A stretch of DNA of 64,000 nucleotides, taken from contig JACRLW010000056.1 of the NCBI GenBank assembly GCA_016235155.1, forward strand, positions 4,005-68,004, read 5' to 3'. The number at the start of each line of letters is the position of its first letter. The stretch's first letter is position 1. This document shows, piece after piece, positions 10,018-19,854 of this stretch. Origin of the DNA: Planctomycetota bacterium. GTDB lineage: Bacteria > Planctomycetota > UBA1135 > UBA2386. The notes under the pieces were generated by a model. That model saw only the letters and a program-made list of their open reading frames with translations, was not told where the DNA came from and made no database searches. The position numbers and the translations under genes were made by a program.

Positions 10018-13009
10018 ATGCTCCGCGCCGTGGGTCGACTCGCACGCGGGCTGTACGAACTCCTCGTCACCGAAGGGTTGCAGGGCGATCTGTCGGCGAA
10101 CGCGATCTCGCCCGTCGCGAGGATCTCGGAACTCGAAGCGGCGGATGCGGCGGATCGGATCGCGTTGCACGTCGCGCGAGTCCTGCGCCGCGCACTCGAC
10201 GGAACGGGCGAGGAGGAACGCGTCGAACGAGGGGTCGACCTCGTCGCCCTCGTGATCGACGGCGTGCGAACGCTCCTGGGTGGCGACGACACCGCCGAAG
10301 ATCGGCTCGTCGGTCCGGCACGCGTGCTGTTGGCGATGAGGTCGTTGCGCCCCGACGGCGATCCCGAATCGCTCGACAGCCCGTTGACCCCGCTGCTCGA
10401 CACGACCTTGCTCACCAACGCGCCCGGTGAACCGCGGATCGGGCGTCAGATCCTCACCGAGATCCCCTCGGCGGATCGCATCGACGCCGTTCTTGCGTTC
10501 ATCCGGCGCAGCGGTCTGCGACCGATGCGCCAGGCCTTGGCCGCCCACTGCGCTGCGGGTCGTCCGCTCCGCGTGCTCACGACCATCTACACGGGCTCGA
10601 CGGAGTGTGAAGCACTCGAGGAGTTGGTGACGCTCGGAGCACAGGTCCGCATCAGCTACGACGTCCGTGGAACGCGACTTCACGCCAAGTCGTGGGCTTT
10701 CCACCGCGACAGCGGCTTCTCGACCGCCTTCATCGGCTCGTCGAATCTCACGCACAGCGCCCAACACGACGGACTCGAGTGGAACGTCCGCGTCTCCGGC
10801 GCGCGCAACCCTGACGTCCTCGCCAAGACCGCCGCGGTCTTCGAGTCGTACTGGCAGAGCTGCGACTTCGTCGACTTCGATGCCGAGCGGTTCCGTCGCG
10901 AGATCGACCGCGGGCGCACGTCGAGCCAGGGGATCGAACTGCCGCCCATCGAACTCCGGCCGGAGCCGTTCCAGGAGCGACTGCTCGAGCAGGTCGCGCT
11001 GTCGCGGCAGCTGGGCCATCACCGCAACTTGCTCGTCGCCGCAACCGGCACCGGCAAGACGGTCATGGCCGCGATCGACTACGCACGGCTGTGCGCGTCA
11101 CTGCCTCGCAGTCGCCTGTTGTTCGTCGCGCACCGCAAGGAACTGCTGGACCAGGCCCGTGCGACGTTTCGCATCGCCCTCCGCAACCCCGCGTTCGGCG
11201 AGCGCTGGGTCGACGGCGAACGGCCACGCGACTTCGACCACGTCTTCGCCTCCATCCAGAGCCTTGCCGCCAATGGACTCGCGGCGCTGGACGCGACCCA
11301 CTTCGATGTCGTCATCGTCGACGAGTTCCACCACGCGGCGGCCGACAGTTACCGCGCGATCCTCGAGCGACTGGCGCCTCGCGAACTGCTCGGACTGACC
11401 GCGACGCCCGAGCGGACCGACGGCCTCGACGTGCTCGCCCACTTCGAGGGCCGCATCGCCGCCGAGCTCCGGGTCTGGGATGCCATCGATCAGCGCCGCC
11501 TCGTGCCGTTCGTCTACTACGGCATCCACGACGGCAGCGACCTGCGCGACGTGCCGTGGCGCCGCGGGCGCGGCTACGACGTCGAGGGCCTCACGCGCGT
11601 GCTGACGGCCGACGAGCACCTCGGTCGCGTGGTCGTCGAGCAACTCGCCGGGCACGTCGACGACATCCGGAGGATCCGGGCCCTCGGCTTCTGCGTGAGC
11701 GTCGACCACGCCCGGTTCATGGCGCGGATCTTCCGCGAATCCGGGATCCCGGCCGTGTCGGTGTCGGCGGGCAGCTCCGCGGAGGAGCGCAGGCAAGCGC
11801 TCATCGACCTCGGCGAGGGCAAGCTGCGCGTGCTGTTCTCGGTGGACCTCTTCAACGAGGGCGTCGACCTGCCGTCGGTCGACACCCTGCTCCTCCTGCG
11901 GCCGACGGAGAGCGCGACGCTCTTCCTGCAGCAACTCGGCCGCGGACTGCGCCGGTTCCAGGGGAAGCCGTCATGCACCGTGCTCGACTTCGTCGGTACG
12001 CATCGCAAGGAGTTTCGCTTCGACCTCCGCTACCGGGCACTGCTCGGCGGAACGCGCCGGGACCTCGGCGAACAGATCCAGCAGGGTTTCCCGTGGCTTC
12101 CCGCCGGGTGCCACATGGAACTCGACCGCGTCGCGAGCGAGGTCGTGCTGCGCAGCCTGCGCGACGCGATCCCGTCGCGCCGCGATGCCTTGATCGCGGA
12201 GTTGCGCCGCCTGCACGAGGCGGGGCGCGATCCCGAACTCGCGGAGTTCCTCACGGAGACCGGACTCGCGCCGGAGGACCTCTACTCCGGAAGCCGCTGC
12301 TTCAGTGACCTGCGCGAGTCCGCGGGACTTCCCGTCGCATCCTCTGGTCCGCACGAGAAGGAGCTGCGCCGCGCGATCGGCCGACTGCTGCATGTCGACG
12401 ACACCGAGCGACTCGTCGCCTGGCGGGACCTGCTGCGCGCAGGTCCTGCTCTCCCGACACCCGCAGGTGATCACCGAACTCGCGCAGCTCTTCGACGTCC
12501 TCGCCCAACGCATCGACCACCTCGGTGCTGTGCTTCCCGACGCGCCGCGGGTTCCCCTGCGCGTCCACGCCCGCTACACGCGCGTGGAGATCCTCGCGGC
12601 ATTCGGCTCCGGCTCTGACGCGCGCGTAGCGCCATGGCAGAGCGGTGTGAACTGGTTCGGGGACGAGCGCACCGACGTCTTCGCCTTCACGATCGACAAG
12701 AGCTCGGGCTCCTTCTCGCCAACGACGCGCTACCGCGACTACGCGATCAACCGCGAGCTGATCCACTGGGAGAGCCAGTCGATCACGCGCGCCGACAGCG
12801 ACACCGGCCGCCGGTACGTCGAACACGCGCGGCGCGGCACACAGGTGCTGCTGTTCGCGCGCCTGCGCCAGGACGAGCGCGCCTTCTGGTGCCTCGGCCC
12901 CGCGACCTACGTGAAGCACGAATCCGAGCGACCGATGCAGATCGTCTGGCGCCTCGCCCACCCGCTGCCCGGCGACCTGTTCCAGTCCTTCGCCGCGGCG
13001 ATCGCGTGA
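10018..13009 (+). pseudogene. PLD-nuclease-like / SF2 DExH helicase / DUF3427 fusion protein, frameshifted near 12440
   Basis: Within ORF 8890..12618, from ATG 10018 (MLRAVGRLARGLYELLVTEG). Motifs: HKD 'TRLHAKSWAF..AFIGSSNLT', Walker A 'AATGTGKT', 'VIVDEFHH', 'LGLTATPER', helicase-C 'FSVDLFNEGVDLPSVDTLLLLRPTES..QQLGRGLR'. Sense reading leaves this frame after '..RLVAWRDLLRA' and continues in ORF 12305..13009 ('QVLLSRHPQVITELAQLF..RVHARYTRVEILAAFG..WQSGVNW..RYRDYAINRELIHWESQS', DUF3427-like). Confidence 0.8.
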
Positions 13010-13068
13010 CCCGGGCCGGCGCTGGTGCTCGCGGCCGTCTCCGTACCTTCGCAGGCCCTCGACTTCGA

Positions 13069-13095
13069 CATCGAAGTGGCGCAATGCGCCACCCC
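13069..13095. repeat. Copy A of palindrome-containing 27-nt element (core GTGGCGCAATGCGCCAC)
   Basis: 'atCGAAGTGGCGCAaTGCGCCACCCC' between convergent gene ends 13009 and 13191. 8+8 nt inverted repeat around one central base. Near-identical to the copies at 52597 and 59157. Confidence 0.85.
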
Positions 13096-13190
13096 CCGTG
13101 CTGCGCCAGGCCTCGTCGACCGTCTCGGCCGCCGACGGACGCAGGTCCGCGATCCCGAGGACGACGACCCTGCAAACCGCGGAAGCCTGG

Positions 13191-14558
13191 TCAGTGGAAG
13201 AGCATCCCGGCCGCGTTCGTGAAGGTGAACGACGTCGCGTCGAGACCCTGCAGGTAGAGCGTGCCGCCGACCAGGCCGGGGTCGGGCGGGATCGTGAGCG
13301 ACAGGGACGTGGTTCCGACCATCGTCAGCGACACCGGCAGGAGCGTTCCGAGATCGAGGAGGAACTGCCCGTTGAGGCCCGGGATCGGGAGTCCCGTCGA
13401 CGAGGCGGCGATCGAGAACACGATCAGCGCCGGAGCTCCCACCGCGTTCCGGATCGCGATCGAGGTCGTCGTGCCGATCGCAGTCGGGCCGGCGGTCAAG
13501 AGGCTCAGGCCGGGGGTCGACTGTGCATCGAAGGGCGAAGTGCCGGCGGAGACCTCGGTGGTGTTCGCGAAGCCGTCGCCGTCGAGGTCGCCGGTCGGAT
13601 CGACGACCGTCGCGTGCTGCCAGCGCGTGCTGAGTTGGGTCAGCGCGGCGATTGCCGAGTTCACCTCGGTGGTGACCGTCGCGGGATCGAGGCGACGCAG
13701 GAAGCCACCCGTCGGGATCGTGAGCCAGAGCCGGCCGAAGCCGTCGAAGGTGACGCCCTTCACGCCGGAACCCTGCGGGAACACCGTGAACGCGCCGGTC
13801 GCGGCGTTCACGCGATACAGATCGCCGTTGCCCCAGTCGCCGACCCACAGGTTCGCGACCACGCCGCTCGCGTCGACGTCGCCCGCCATCCACTGCAGCC
13901 GCGCCGCCGAACCGAGCACGTACGTGTTCAGGGGATTGCCGGCCGCGTCGAACTCGACGAGCTCGCCCGCGCCGCGGTTGTCCCCGACCACCCAGAGATG
14001 GCTCGGCACGAACAGGCCGCGCGCATCCGCGAACACCGTGATCGGCAGGATCAGCGAGCCGGCCGGCATCGGGTGACTGGTCACGGCGCGCGTCACGCCG
14101 TCGATGCGCGACAGGCTCCCCGGCGGACCGAGGCGATGCGCGATCCACTTGTTGCCCTGCGCGTCGACGGCGATCACGCGCGCCTGCAAGGCCGGCAGTG
14201 CGATCACGCCGAGCGAGGCGCCGAGCGCGTCGAACTCCTCGACGCCCGCGGAGGCCGAGACCCAGGCGTGACCCTGGGCGTCGAAAGCGATCGCGTACGG
14301 GCTGCCCGCCGAGACCGCGATCGTCGTGAACGGCGTTCCGTCGGGGTTCTTGATGGTGATCCCCGCCGCGAGGTACCAGACCTTGCCGTCCGGCGCGACG
14401 ACGACGTCGCGCGTTGCGGCCGGCGTCACGGCTTGTCTCACGACTCCCGCGCAGTCGACCTGCTTCACGCCTCCCGTGGCCGAGATCCAATACGACTCCT
14501 GGCCGGAAGGCCCCACGACGAAGGAACACGCGACGAACGCGATCACCACAGCGCGCAT
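13191..14558 (-). CDS. Secreted beta-propeller-like repeat protein with 'DLDGDGFANTTE' Ca-binding-type motif and shared C-terminal module
   Basis: Last 455 codons of ORF 13191..14696. Start at MRAVVIAFVACSFVVGPSG (ATG 14556-14558, signal-like). Recurrent strands VAPDGKVWYL / FDAQGHAWVS / VDAQGNKWIA suggest an NHL/SMP-30-like propeller. Confidence 0.65.
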   Translation of the reverse strand: MRAVVIAFVACSFVVGPSGQESYWISATGGVKQVDCAGVVRQAVTPAATRDVVVAPDGKVWYLAAGITIKNPDGTPFTTIAVSAGSPYAIAFDAQGHAWVSASAGVEEFDALGASLGVIALPALQARVIAVDAQGNKWIAHRLGPPGSLSRIDGVTRAVTSHPMPAGSLILPITVFADARGLFVPSHLWVVGDNRGAGELVEFDAAGNPLNTYVLGSAARLQWMAGDVDASGVVANLWVGDWGNGDLYRVNAATGAFTVFPQGSGVKGVTFDGFGRLWLTIPTGGFLRRLDPATVTTEVNSAIAALTQLSTRWQHATVVDPTGDLDGDGFANTTEVSAGTSPFDAQSTPGLSLLTAGPTAIGTTTSIAIRNAVGAPALIVFSIAASSTGLPIPGLNGQFLLDLGTLLPVSLTMVGTTSLSLTIPPDPGLVGGTLYLQGLDATSFTFTNAAGMLFH

Positions 14559-15009
14559 GGACCACCTCGAATGCTTGCCATCGCGGAGATCCTCGAAGCG
14601 ACGATCTCCGCGCGGAGCGCTTGTAGCGGTCCTCTCGACGAGCGACCCGGTGCGGCGAGGTCGTGACGCGATCGATACGCACGGATCGCAGCCCATCGCC
14701 GGCCGTTCACGGCTGCCATCCCGTGACGCCGCGACCCGCGTTCGCTACACCGTCTCCCCATGCCCACGGCGGGTGTCCGTCGGTCGGCGTTCGCGGCTGC
14801 CGCGCTTCTCGGCCAGCTCGCCGCCGCATCGTGTTGCTAGACAGCGGCGATCGCCCGAGCGAGGGCGCGGACCTGCTTGGGTTGGATCCGCGGCGCTTCG
14901 GCGAGGCGCCGCGGCTCCGCGTCGCGTGGACGGATGCCGAGCGCGACGAACTCCGCGCGGCCGTGGCGGAGGTAGAACGACTCCTTCGGATCCGGCACTG
15001 AGGCACCGA

Positions 15010-17487
15010 GTGGATCGCGCACGATTCGCCCTCGTCATCACCGCGGCGCTCGCGCTGGCCGCGCCGTCCTGGCCACAGGACCCGTTCGCTCGGCTGCGAC
15101 CGCAGTCGCATGCCCGGAGCGGAGTCGCCGTGTTCGTCGTCGACGCGGGCGAACGGGCGATCGAGGGCGCGGACGTGCTGGTGATCGAGGCGAGCGCGAT
15201 CGACCGGACCTTGCTCGGTCGAGTGCAGACCGATGGACCGGAGTTCCTCGTCAGGGATGCGCGCACCCGCACGGCGCTCGCGCGTCATGCGAAGCGCTTC
15301 GTGAGCGACGCTGAGGGTGCGCTGACGCTCGCTCTCGAGTCGCCGTGCTTCCTCCTGGCGCTGGCGCGCGGTCACGCGGAGCTGCGATTGGTGGATCCCA
15401 CGCGCGAACGCGAACTCGATCTGCGCATCGGGCCGCGCGGGGGCGTGGACGTGATCGTGCGCGACGCGGCGGGCAAGCCGGTCGCGGGCGTGCCGCTCTG
15501 GCTCGCGCCGCCTGGAGTCGGCGCAGTGCCCTGGCGCGGCTGGACGCGCAGCGACTCGCTCGGGCGCGCGCGGCTCACGCGGAACCCGCACTTCGATGTG
15601 CTCGCCGTGCAGGCCGGGGTCGTCGCCCGCGATCCTGTGCAACGGGTACTCGAGCCGGAGGAGCGCGACGGCCGTCGCACGGTCGAGCTCGCGCTGCCGC
15701 CCTGCGGCGCGGTGCGCGCGCTCGCGCGCGGCGAGGACGGAGCACTGCTGCGCGGCCTCGGCGATGCGACGCTCGGACCGATCGCCCTGCGCCGCATCGG
15801 AGGAGCGGCCTTCTTCGCCGACCTTGCCGACCCGACGGACACGCGCGCGATGCCGCCGCTGGCCCAAGACGACGGCATGGTCCTGTTCGCGCCGATCGCG
15901 CTCGGACTTCCGGTCCGCGTCGAATGGGAGTTCCCCGGCGGAACCGAGCCGCTCGTCCTCACCGGGCACGGACCGCGTCACGACGGCGAACTCGTCGTTC
16001 TGCGCAAGGACGACGTCGCGCCCGCGCCGACGGTGTCGATCCGCGTGCTCGCGCAGGATGGCGCCGTCCTGTCCAAGGCGACGCTGCACGTCGTACTCGC
16101 GTGCCCCGGCTTCGAACGCCGTGAACCGTTGCGCACCGACGCCGAAGGCCGGCTGAGCATCGCGCTCGACCGCGAGGTCCGCGACCGCGACGACGTGATG
16201 CTCGCGATCCTGCGCCGTGGCGACGGCGAGCTCACCGAGTACCGCGGCGAGGCACACGTGCCGCTGCGCGGCGCGACGGGTCCGGGCGCGCATGCGCTCG
16301 ACGACGTCATGCTGCGCGACGAGGTGCCCATCGTGCGCGGCGTCGTCCTCGACGAGAGCGGCCAGCCGGTGCCCGGCGTGGACCTGGTCGCCACCCACGC
16401 CTTCGCGATGCCGACCGCGTCGGGCCTTTCGATCCTGCGCGACGACGACCAGGTCGACCATCGCGTGCGCAGCGGCCGCGACGGGTCCTTCGTCATCAAG
16501 ACCTTCGCGCCGCGCGTCGCGAACCCGAAGCTCGCGATGTACGGCGACGGCGAACTGATCCTGCTGCGCGGCGAGGACCCGCAACCCGGGGCCGAGCGGC
16601 ACGAGGTCGTCGTCGGCAAGGGTGCGCGGATCTCGGGCCGCATCACGCGCGCGATCGAGCCCGGCCGGAGCGTGATCGTCCGCGCGCGCGACAGCGAAGA
16701 GCGCGAGCAGTACGGACACGTCGACGCCGACGGGACCTTCCTCATCACGGGCCTGGCATCCGGCCGGCACACGCTCCTCGTGCACGACGCCGAGTTCTGG
16801 GAGCAGGCGCTCGCGACGATCGAGGACCTCGAACTCGTCGCCGGTGAAACCTGCGCGGACGCGCGGCTCGCGTCGATCGATTGGAAGGAGGAACGGCGCC
16901 GCGCGAAGGTGACCGTGGTCGACGGCCGCGGCACCGCGATCGAGGGCGTTCCCATCTGCCTCGTGCATCGGTTGCGGCCCTGGCTGCACCGCGAGCTCGC
17001 GCGCTCGAGCGCCGCCGCCGTCGAACTCGATCTCCCCGCCGACGGTGCGGAGCTCGAGCTCGCTCATCCGGACTGGTGCACGCGGGTCGTCGCCCCGGTC
17101 CTTCCCGAGCAGCGCGTCGTACTCGAGCCGCGGCCGCGCGCGCGGTTGCGCTTCCTCGGGCTTCCGCCGATCGCCGAGGGGCTGTGCATCGAGGTCGAGG
17201 TGGCGTGCGTCACCGATGGGAGAGCGATCGGCGAGTCGGTCGCCCTGCTGACGCGGAGTGAACCGGATGCGATCGAAGTGCGCCCGCCGTGCAGCGGCGC
17301 GGTGTCGCTGCGGCTGAATGCGCGTCGCCTCGAGCCGGACGGCGTCGTCGCCGACGAGCGAGCGTCGCTGCGATTCGCGATCGAGGTTCCGCCCGGCGAG
17401 ACGAAGGCGGAGATCGTCTTGGAACTCGACCGCGTCGCGCGCGACACGCTGGCCGAAGCGCTGAACCGCGTGGAACGTCGCCGCTGA
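15010..17487 (+). CDS. Secreted protein with several carboxypeptidase-regulatory-like beta-sandwich repeats
   Basis: Part of ORF 14326..17487. Start proposed at GTG 15010 (VDRARFALVITAALALAAPSWPQ, signal-like). Repeats such as 'VRGVVLDESGQPVPGVDLVA..GRDGSFVI' and 'ISGRITR..VDADGTFLITGLASGRHTLLV'. Start uncertain. Confidence 0.55.
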   Translation: MDRARFALVITAALALAAPSWPQDPFARLRPQSHARSGVAVFVVDAGERAIEGADVLVIEASAIDRTLLGRVQTDGPEFLVRDARTRTALARHAKRFVSDAEGALTLALESPCFLLALARGHAELRLVDPTRERELDLRIGPRGGVDVIVRDAAGKPVAGVPLWLAPPGVGAVPWRGWTRSDSLGRARLTRNPHFDVLAVQAGVVARDPVQRVLEPEERDGRRTVELALPPCGAVRALARGEDGALLRGLGDATLGPIALRRIGGAAFFADLADPTDTRAMPPLAQDDGMVLFAPIALGLPVRVEWEFPGGTEPLVLTGHGPRHDGELVVLRKDDVAPAPTVSIRVLAQDGAVLSKATLHVVLACPGFERREPLRTDAEGRLSIALDREVRDRDDVMLAILRRGDGELTEYRGEAHVPLRGATGPGAHALDDVMLRDEVPIVRGVVLDESGQPVPGVDLVATHAFAMPTASGLSILRDDDQVDHRVRSGRDGSFVIKTFAPRVANPKLAMYGDGELILLRGEDPQPGAERHEVVVGKGARISGRITRAIEPGRSVIVRARDSEEREQYGHVDADGTFLITGLASGRHTLLVHDAEFWEQALATIEDLELVAGETCADARLASIDWKEERRRAKVTVVDGRGTAIEGVPICLVHRLRPWLHRELARSSAAAVELDLPADGAELELAHPDWCTRVVAPVLPEQRVVLEPRPRARLRFLGLPPIAEGLCIEVEVACVTDGRAIGESVALLTRSEPDAIEVRPPCSGAVSLRLNARRLEPDGVVADERASLRFAIEVPPGETKAEIVLELDRVARDTLAEALNRVERRR

Positions 17488-17491
17488 TCGA

Positions 17492-18451
17492 TCACCGCGC
17501 GACGGCGAGTCCGGCCCGTCGCTCGGCGACGACGTCTGCGAGCGTGTCCGCGATCGGCCGCGACGGCGCCGTCCCGATCAGTGCGCGCAGCAGATCCAGG
17601 ACCGGCACGCGTCGCGCGATGTCGGTGCCCCCGTGCGGGAAGGCGTCGCGCAGCGGCACGTGGACGAAGGGCACGCGCAGCTCGACCGCATCGCAGACCG
17701 CGCGTGCGAGGTCGATCACGCTCAGCTCGTTCGCGCCGCCGACGTTGACCGCGCGGCCGCGCGCGGCGGGGCATGCGGCGAGTGCCAGCAACGCGTCCGC
17801 GACCTCGCCGGCATCGGCGAAACAACGCCGCTGCGAACCGTCGCCGTGGATCGTGAGCGGTCCGCCGGCCAGGGCCTGACGGACGAAGCGCGGCACGACC
17901 ATCGCGTCGGACTGGCGCGGGCCGATCACGTTGAAGAGGCGCGCGACCACGACCGGCAGGCCGTCCTCGCGCGCATGCGCGAGCGCGAGCCACTCGCCGT
18001 AGGCCTTGCTGCAGGCATAGCCGCCGCGCGCGCGGGACAGAGCACCCGGTGCGAGCGGTGCTTCCTCCGCGACCGGCCGCGGCGCATCGCCATAGACCTC
18101 CGAACTCGAAGTCAGCAGCAGCGGCGTCCGACGGCGTGCGCACGCCGCGAGCACGGTCGCGGTGCCGTCGGCGTTGACGCGCATCGCGCGCACCGGACTC
18201 GCGAGGCTCTTCTGCACGCCGACGACGGCGGCGAGGTGGAAGACCTGCTCCTGGTTCCCGACCAACCGCTCGACGAGACGGGCGTCGGTCACGCAGCCGT
18301 GCACGAAGCACCGGTCCGGCACGGCGGCGACGTGCTCGCGGCGCCCCGTCGAGAGGTCGTCGAGGACGGTGACCGCATCGCCCCGGGCGATCAGTCGTTC
18401 GACGAGGTGCGAGCCGAGGAAGCCGGCGCCGCCGGTGACGAGGATGCGCAT
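17492..18451 (-). CDS. NAD-dependent sugar-nucleotide epimerase/dehydratase (SDR family)
   Basis: ORF 17492..18451. Rossmann motif 'MRILVTGGAGFLGSHLV', catalytic 'YACSKAYGE' (YxxxK), 'RLFNVIGPRQ'. Confidence 0.85.
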   Translation of the reverse strand: MRILVTGGAGFLGSHLVERLIARGDAVTVLDDLSTGRREHVAAVPDRCFVHGCVTDARLVERLVGNQEQVFHLAAVVGVQKSLASPVRAMRVNADGTATVLAACARRRTPLLLTSSSEVYGDAPRPVAEEAPLAPGALSRARGGYACSKAYGEWLALAHAREDGLPVVVARLFNVIGPRQSDAMVVPRFVRQALAGGPLTIHGDGSQRRCFADAGEVADALLALAACPAARGRAVNVGGANELSVIDLARAVCDAVELRVPFVHVPLRDAFPHGGTDIARRVPVLDLLRALIGTAPSRPIADTLADVVAERRAGLAVAR

Positions 18452-18566
18452 CGTTCGATGCGGCCTCCGACCGGTGACCGCGCGCGCATCTTCCCGAGGG
18501 ACCGCGCCGCGAGCGAGGACTTGACCGGCTTCGACCCGTCCCTAGACTCCGCGGCCCCTGTTGCGT

Positions 18567-18639
18567 GCCCCCTTCGTCTAGAGGCCCAGGATACGTGGTT
18601 CTCAGCCATGGGACAGGGGTTCGACTCCCCTAGGGGGTA
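18567..18639 (+). tRNA. tRNA-Glu (anticodon CUC)
   Basis: GCCCCCTTCGTCTAGAGGCCCAGGATACGTGGTTCTCAGCCATGGGACAGGGGTTCGACTCCCCTAGGGGGTA folds as a cloverleaf: 7-bp acceptor, anticodon stem CGTGG/CCATG with loop TTCTCAG, T-loop GGTTCGACTCC. Closely resembles E. coli tRNA-Glu. CCA not encoded. Coordinates +/-1. Confidence 0.9.
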
Positions 18640-18648
18640 CTCGAGCGA

Positions 18649-18688
18649 GAGCCCGTCCGGTCGACGACCGGGCGGGCTCTTCGCGTTT
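18649..18688 (+). terminator. Hairpin terminator after tRNA-Glu
   Basis: GAGCCCGTCCGG-tcgacga-CCGGGCGGGCTC (12-bp stem, one G-U) followed by TTCGCGTTTCC. Confidence 0.6.
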
Positions 18689-18714
18689 CCGGGAACGGGT
18701 ACCGTGCCGCCGGC

Positions 18715-19803
18715 ATGAGCTACTTCCGCCGCGAGGACCAGGAGGACCGTGAGCTCCGCGAGCTCTCGCGCCACGCGCAGAAGAGCCGCGACGCGTTTCG
18801 ACGCGCGAGCGAGGCGCCCGACCCGCTGCGGACGGCGTTCCAGCGCGATCGCGACCGGGTGATCCACAGCACGGCGTTCCGCCGCCTGCAACACAAGACG
18901 CAGGTCGTCGCCGCCTACGAAGGCGATCACTTCCGCACGCGGATGACGCACTCGTTGGAGGTCTCGCAGATGGCGCGGAGCGTCGCGACGGCGCTGCGCC
19001 TGAACGGCGATCTGGCCGAGGCGATCGCGCTCGCGCACGACCTCGGCCATCCGCCCTTCGGACACGTCGGCGAGGACGCGTTGAACGAACTCATGACCGG
19101 TCACGGCGGCTTCCGGCACAACGCGCAGGGTTCGCGGATCGTCGACCTGCTCGAGGACCGCGGCGGCGGCGAGTTCGGCCTCAATCTCTGCCTGCCGACG
19201 CGCTGTGCCCTGCTCAAGGGCCGCATCCCCGACGGGTTCCCGCTCGCCGACGACCTGCGCGCGGCTCGCCCGACGCCCCCGCTCGAGGCGAAGGTCGTCG
19301 ACCTCTGCGACCGCATCGCCTACCTCTGCCACGACCTCGACGACGGGCTCCGCGCCCAGGTCTTCCGCGCCGACGAACTCACCGGCCTCCGCATCTGGCA
19401 GCACGCCGCCGCGCGACCGCAGGCCGCGAACACCGGCCGCACGATCAGCGCGATGATCGGCCTGCTCGTCGACGACCTCGTGCGCACGACGTCGTCGCGC
19501 TGGAGCGAACGCGAGGACCGGCGTCCCGAGGTCACGCACGGCGAGGCCACGACGGTCGAAGCGCAGGAACTGCTCGAGTTCCTCCGTGCGCGCTTCTACC
19601 GCTCGCGGCGCGTGCTCGACGTGATGGAGCGCGGCAGCGCGCGGATCCGCGCCGCCTTCCTGCGCTTCTCGGCGCGGCCCGAGGAACTCCCGGCGACGGC
19701 GCGCGCCCGCATCGACAAGGACGGGCTCCAGCGCGTGGTCTGCGACCACGTCGCCGGGATGACCGACCGCTACCTGCTGAAGGTCAGCGAGGCGCCGCCG
19801 TGA
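18715..19803 (+). CDS. dgt: dGTP triphosphohydrolase-like HD-domain protein
   Basis: ORF 18715..19803. 'FQRDRDRVIHSTAFRRLQHKTQV', 'FRTRMTHSLEVSQMARSV', 'LAHDLGHPPFGH', 'CDRIAYLCHDLDDG', C-terminal 'VCDHVAGMTDRYLL'. Confidence 0.85.
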   Translation: MSYFRREDQEDRELRELSRHAQKSRDAFRRASEAPDPLRTAFQRDRDRVIHSTAFRRLQHKTQVVAAYEGDHFRTRMTHSLEVSQMARSVATALRLNGDLAEAIALAHDLGHPPFGHVGEDALNELMTGHGGFRHNAQGSRIVDLLEDRGGGEFGLNLCLPTRCALLKGRIPDGFPLADDLRAARPTPPLEAKVVDLCDRIAYLCHDLDDGLRAQVFRADELTGLRIWQHAAARPQAANTGRTISAMIGLLVDDLVRTTSSRWSEREDRRPEVTHGEATTVEAQELLEFLRARFYRSRRVLDVMERGSARIRAAFLRFSARPEELPATARARIDKDGLQRVVCDHVAGMTDRYLLKVSEAPP

Positions 19804-19845
19804 GCCCGATCGACGCGAGCCCGATCGACGTGAGCCCGATCGACG
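19801..19845. repeat. 15-nt tandem repeat x3 ((T/C)GAGCCCGATCGACG)
   Basis: tgagcccgatcgacg cgagcccgatcgacg tgagcccgatcgacg. The first unit contains the dgt stop codon. Lies between convergent gene ends. Confidence 0.85.
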
Positions 19846-19854
19846 TGATCCGCG

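Noticed and set aside
13076-13092. Palindrome GTGGCGCA-N-TGCGCCAC as a sigma-54 (-24 GG / -12 GC) promoter
   Set aside because: TGGCGC..TTGC superficially resembles TGGCAC-N5-TTGC, but the GG-to-GC spacing is several nt too short. All copies lie downstream of genes, not upstream.
14837-15022. 61-aa minus-strand ORF (..KESFYLRHGRAEFVALGI..) in the 450-nt divergent gap, vaguely ribbon-helix-helix-like
   Set aside because: The similarity is weak and rests on one short strand-like motif. It overlaps the proposed start of the 15010 gene and cannot be distinguished from chance in this GC context.
18715-19803. dGTPase-like gene as an anti-phage dNTP-depletion defence gene
   Set aside because: It stands alone next to a tRNA gene and housekeeping-type neighbours, with no defence-island context. 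A housekeeping Dgt-family role is the simpler reading. The sequence alone cannot discriminate.
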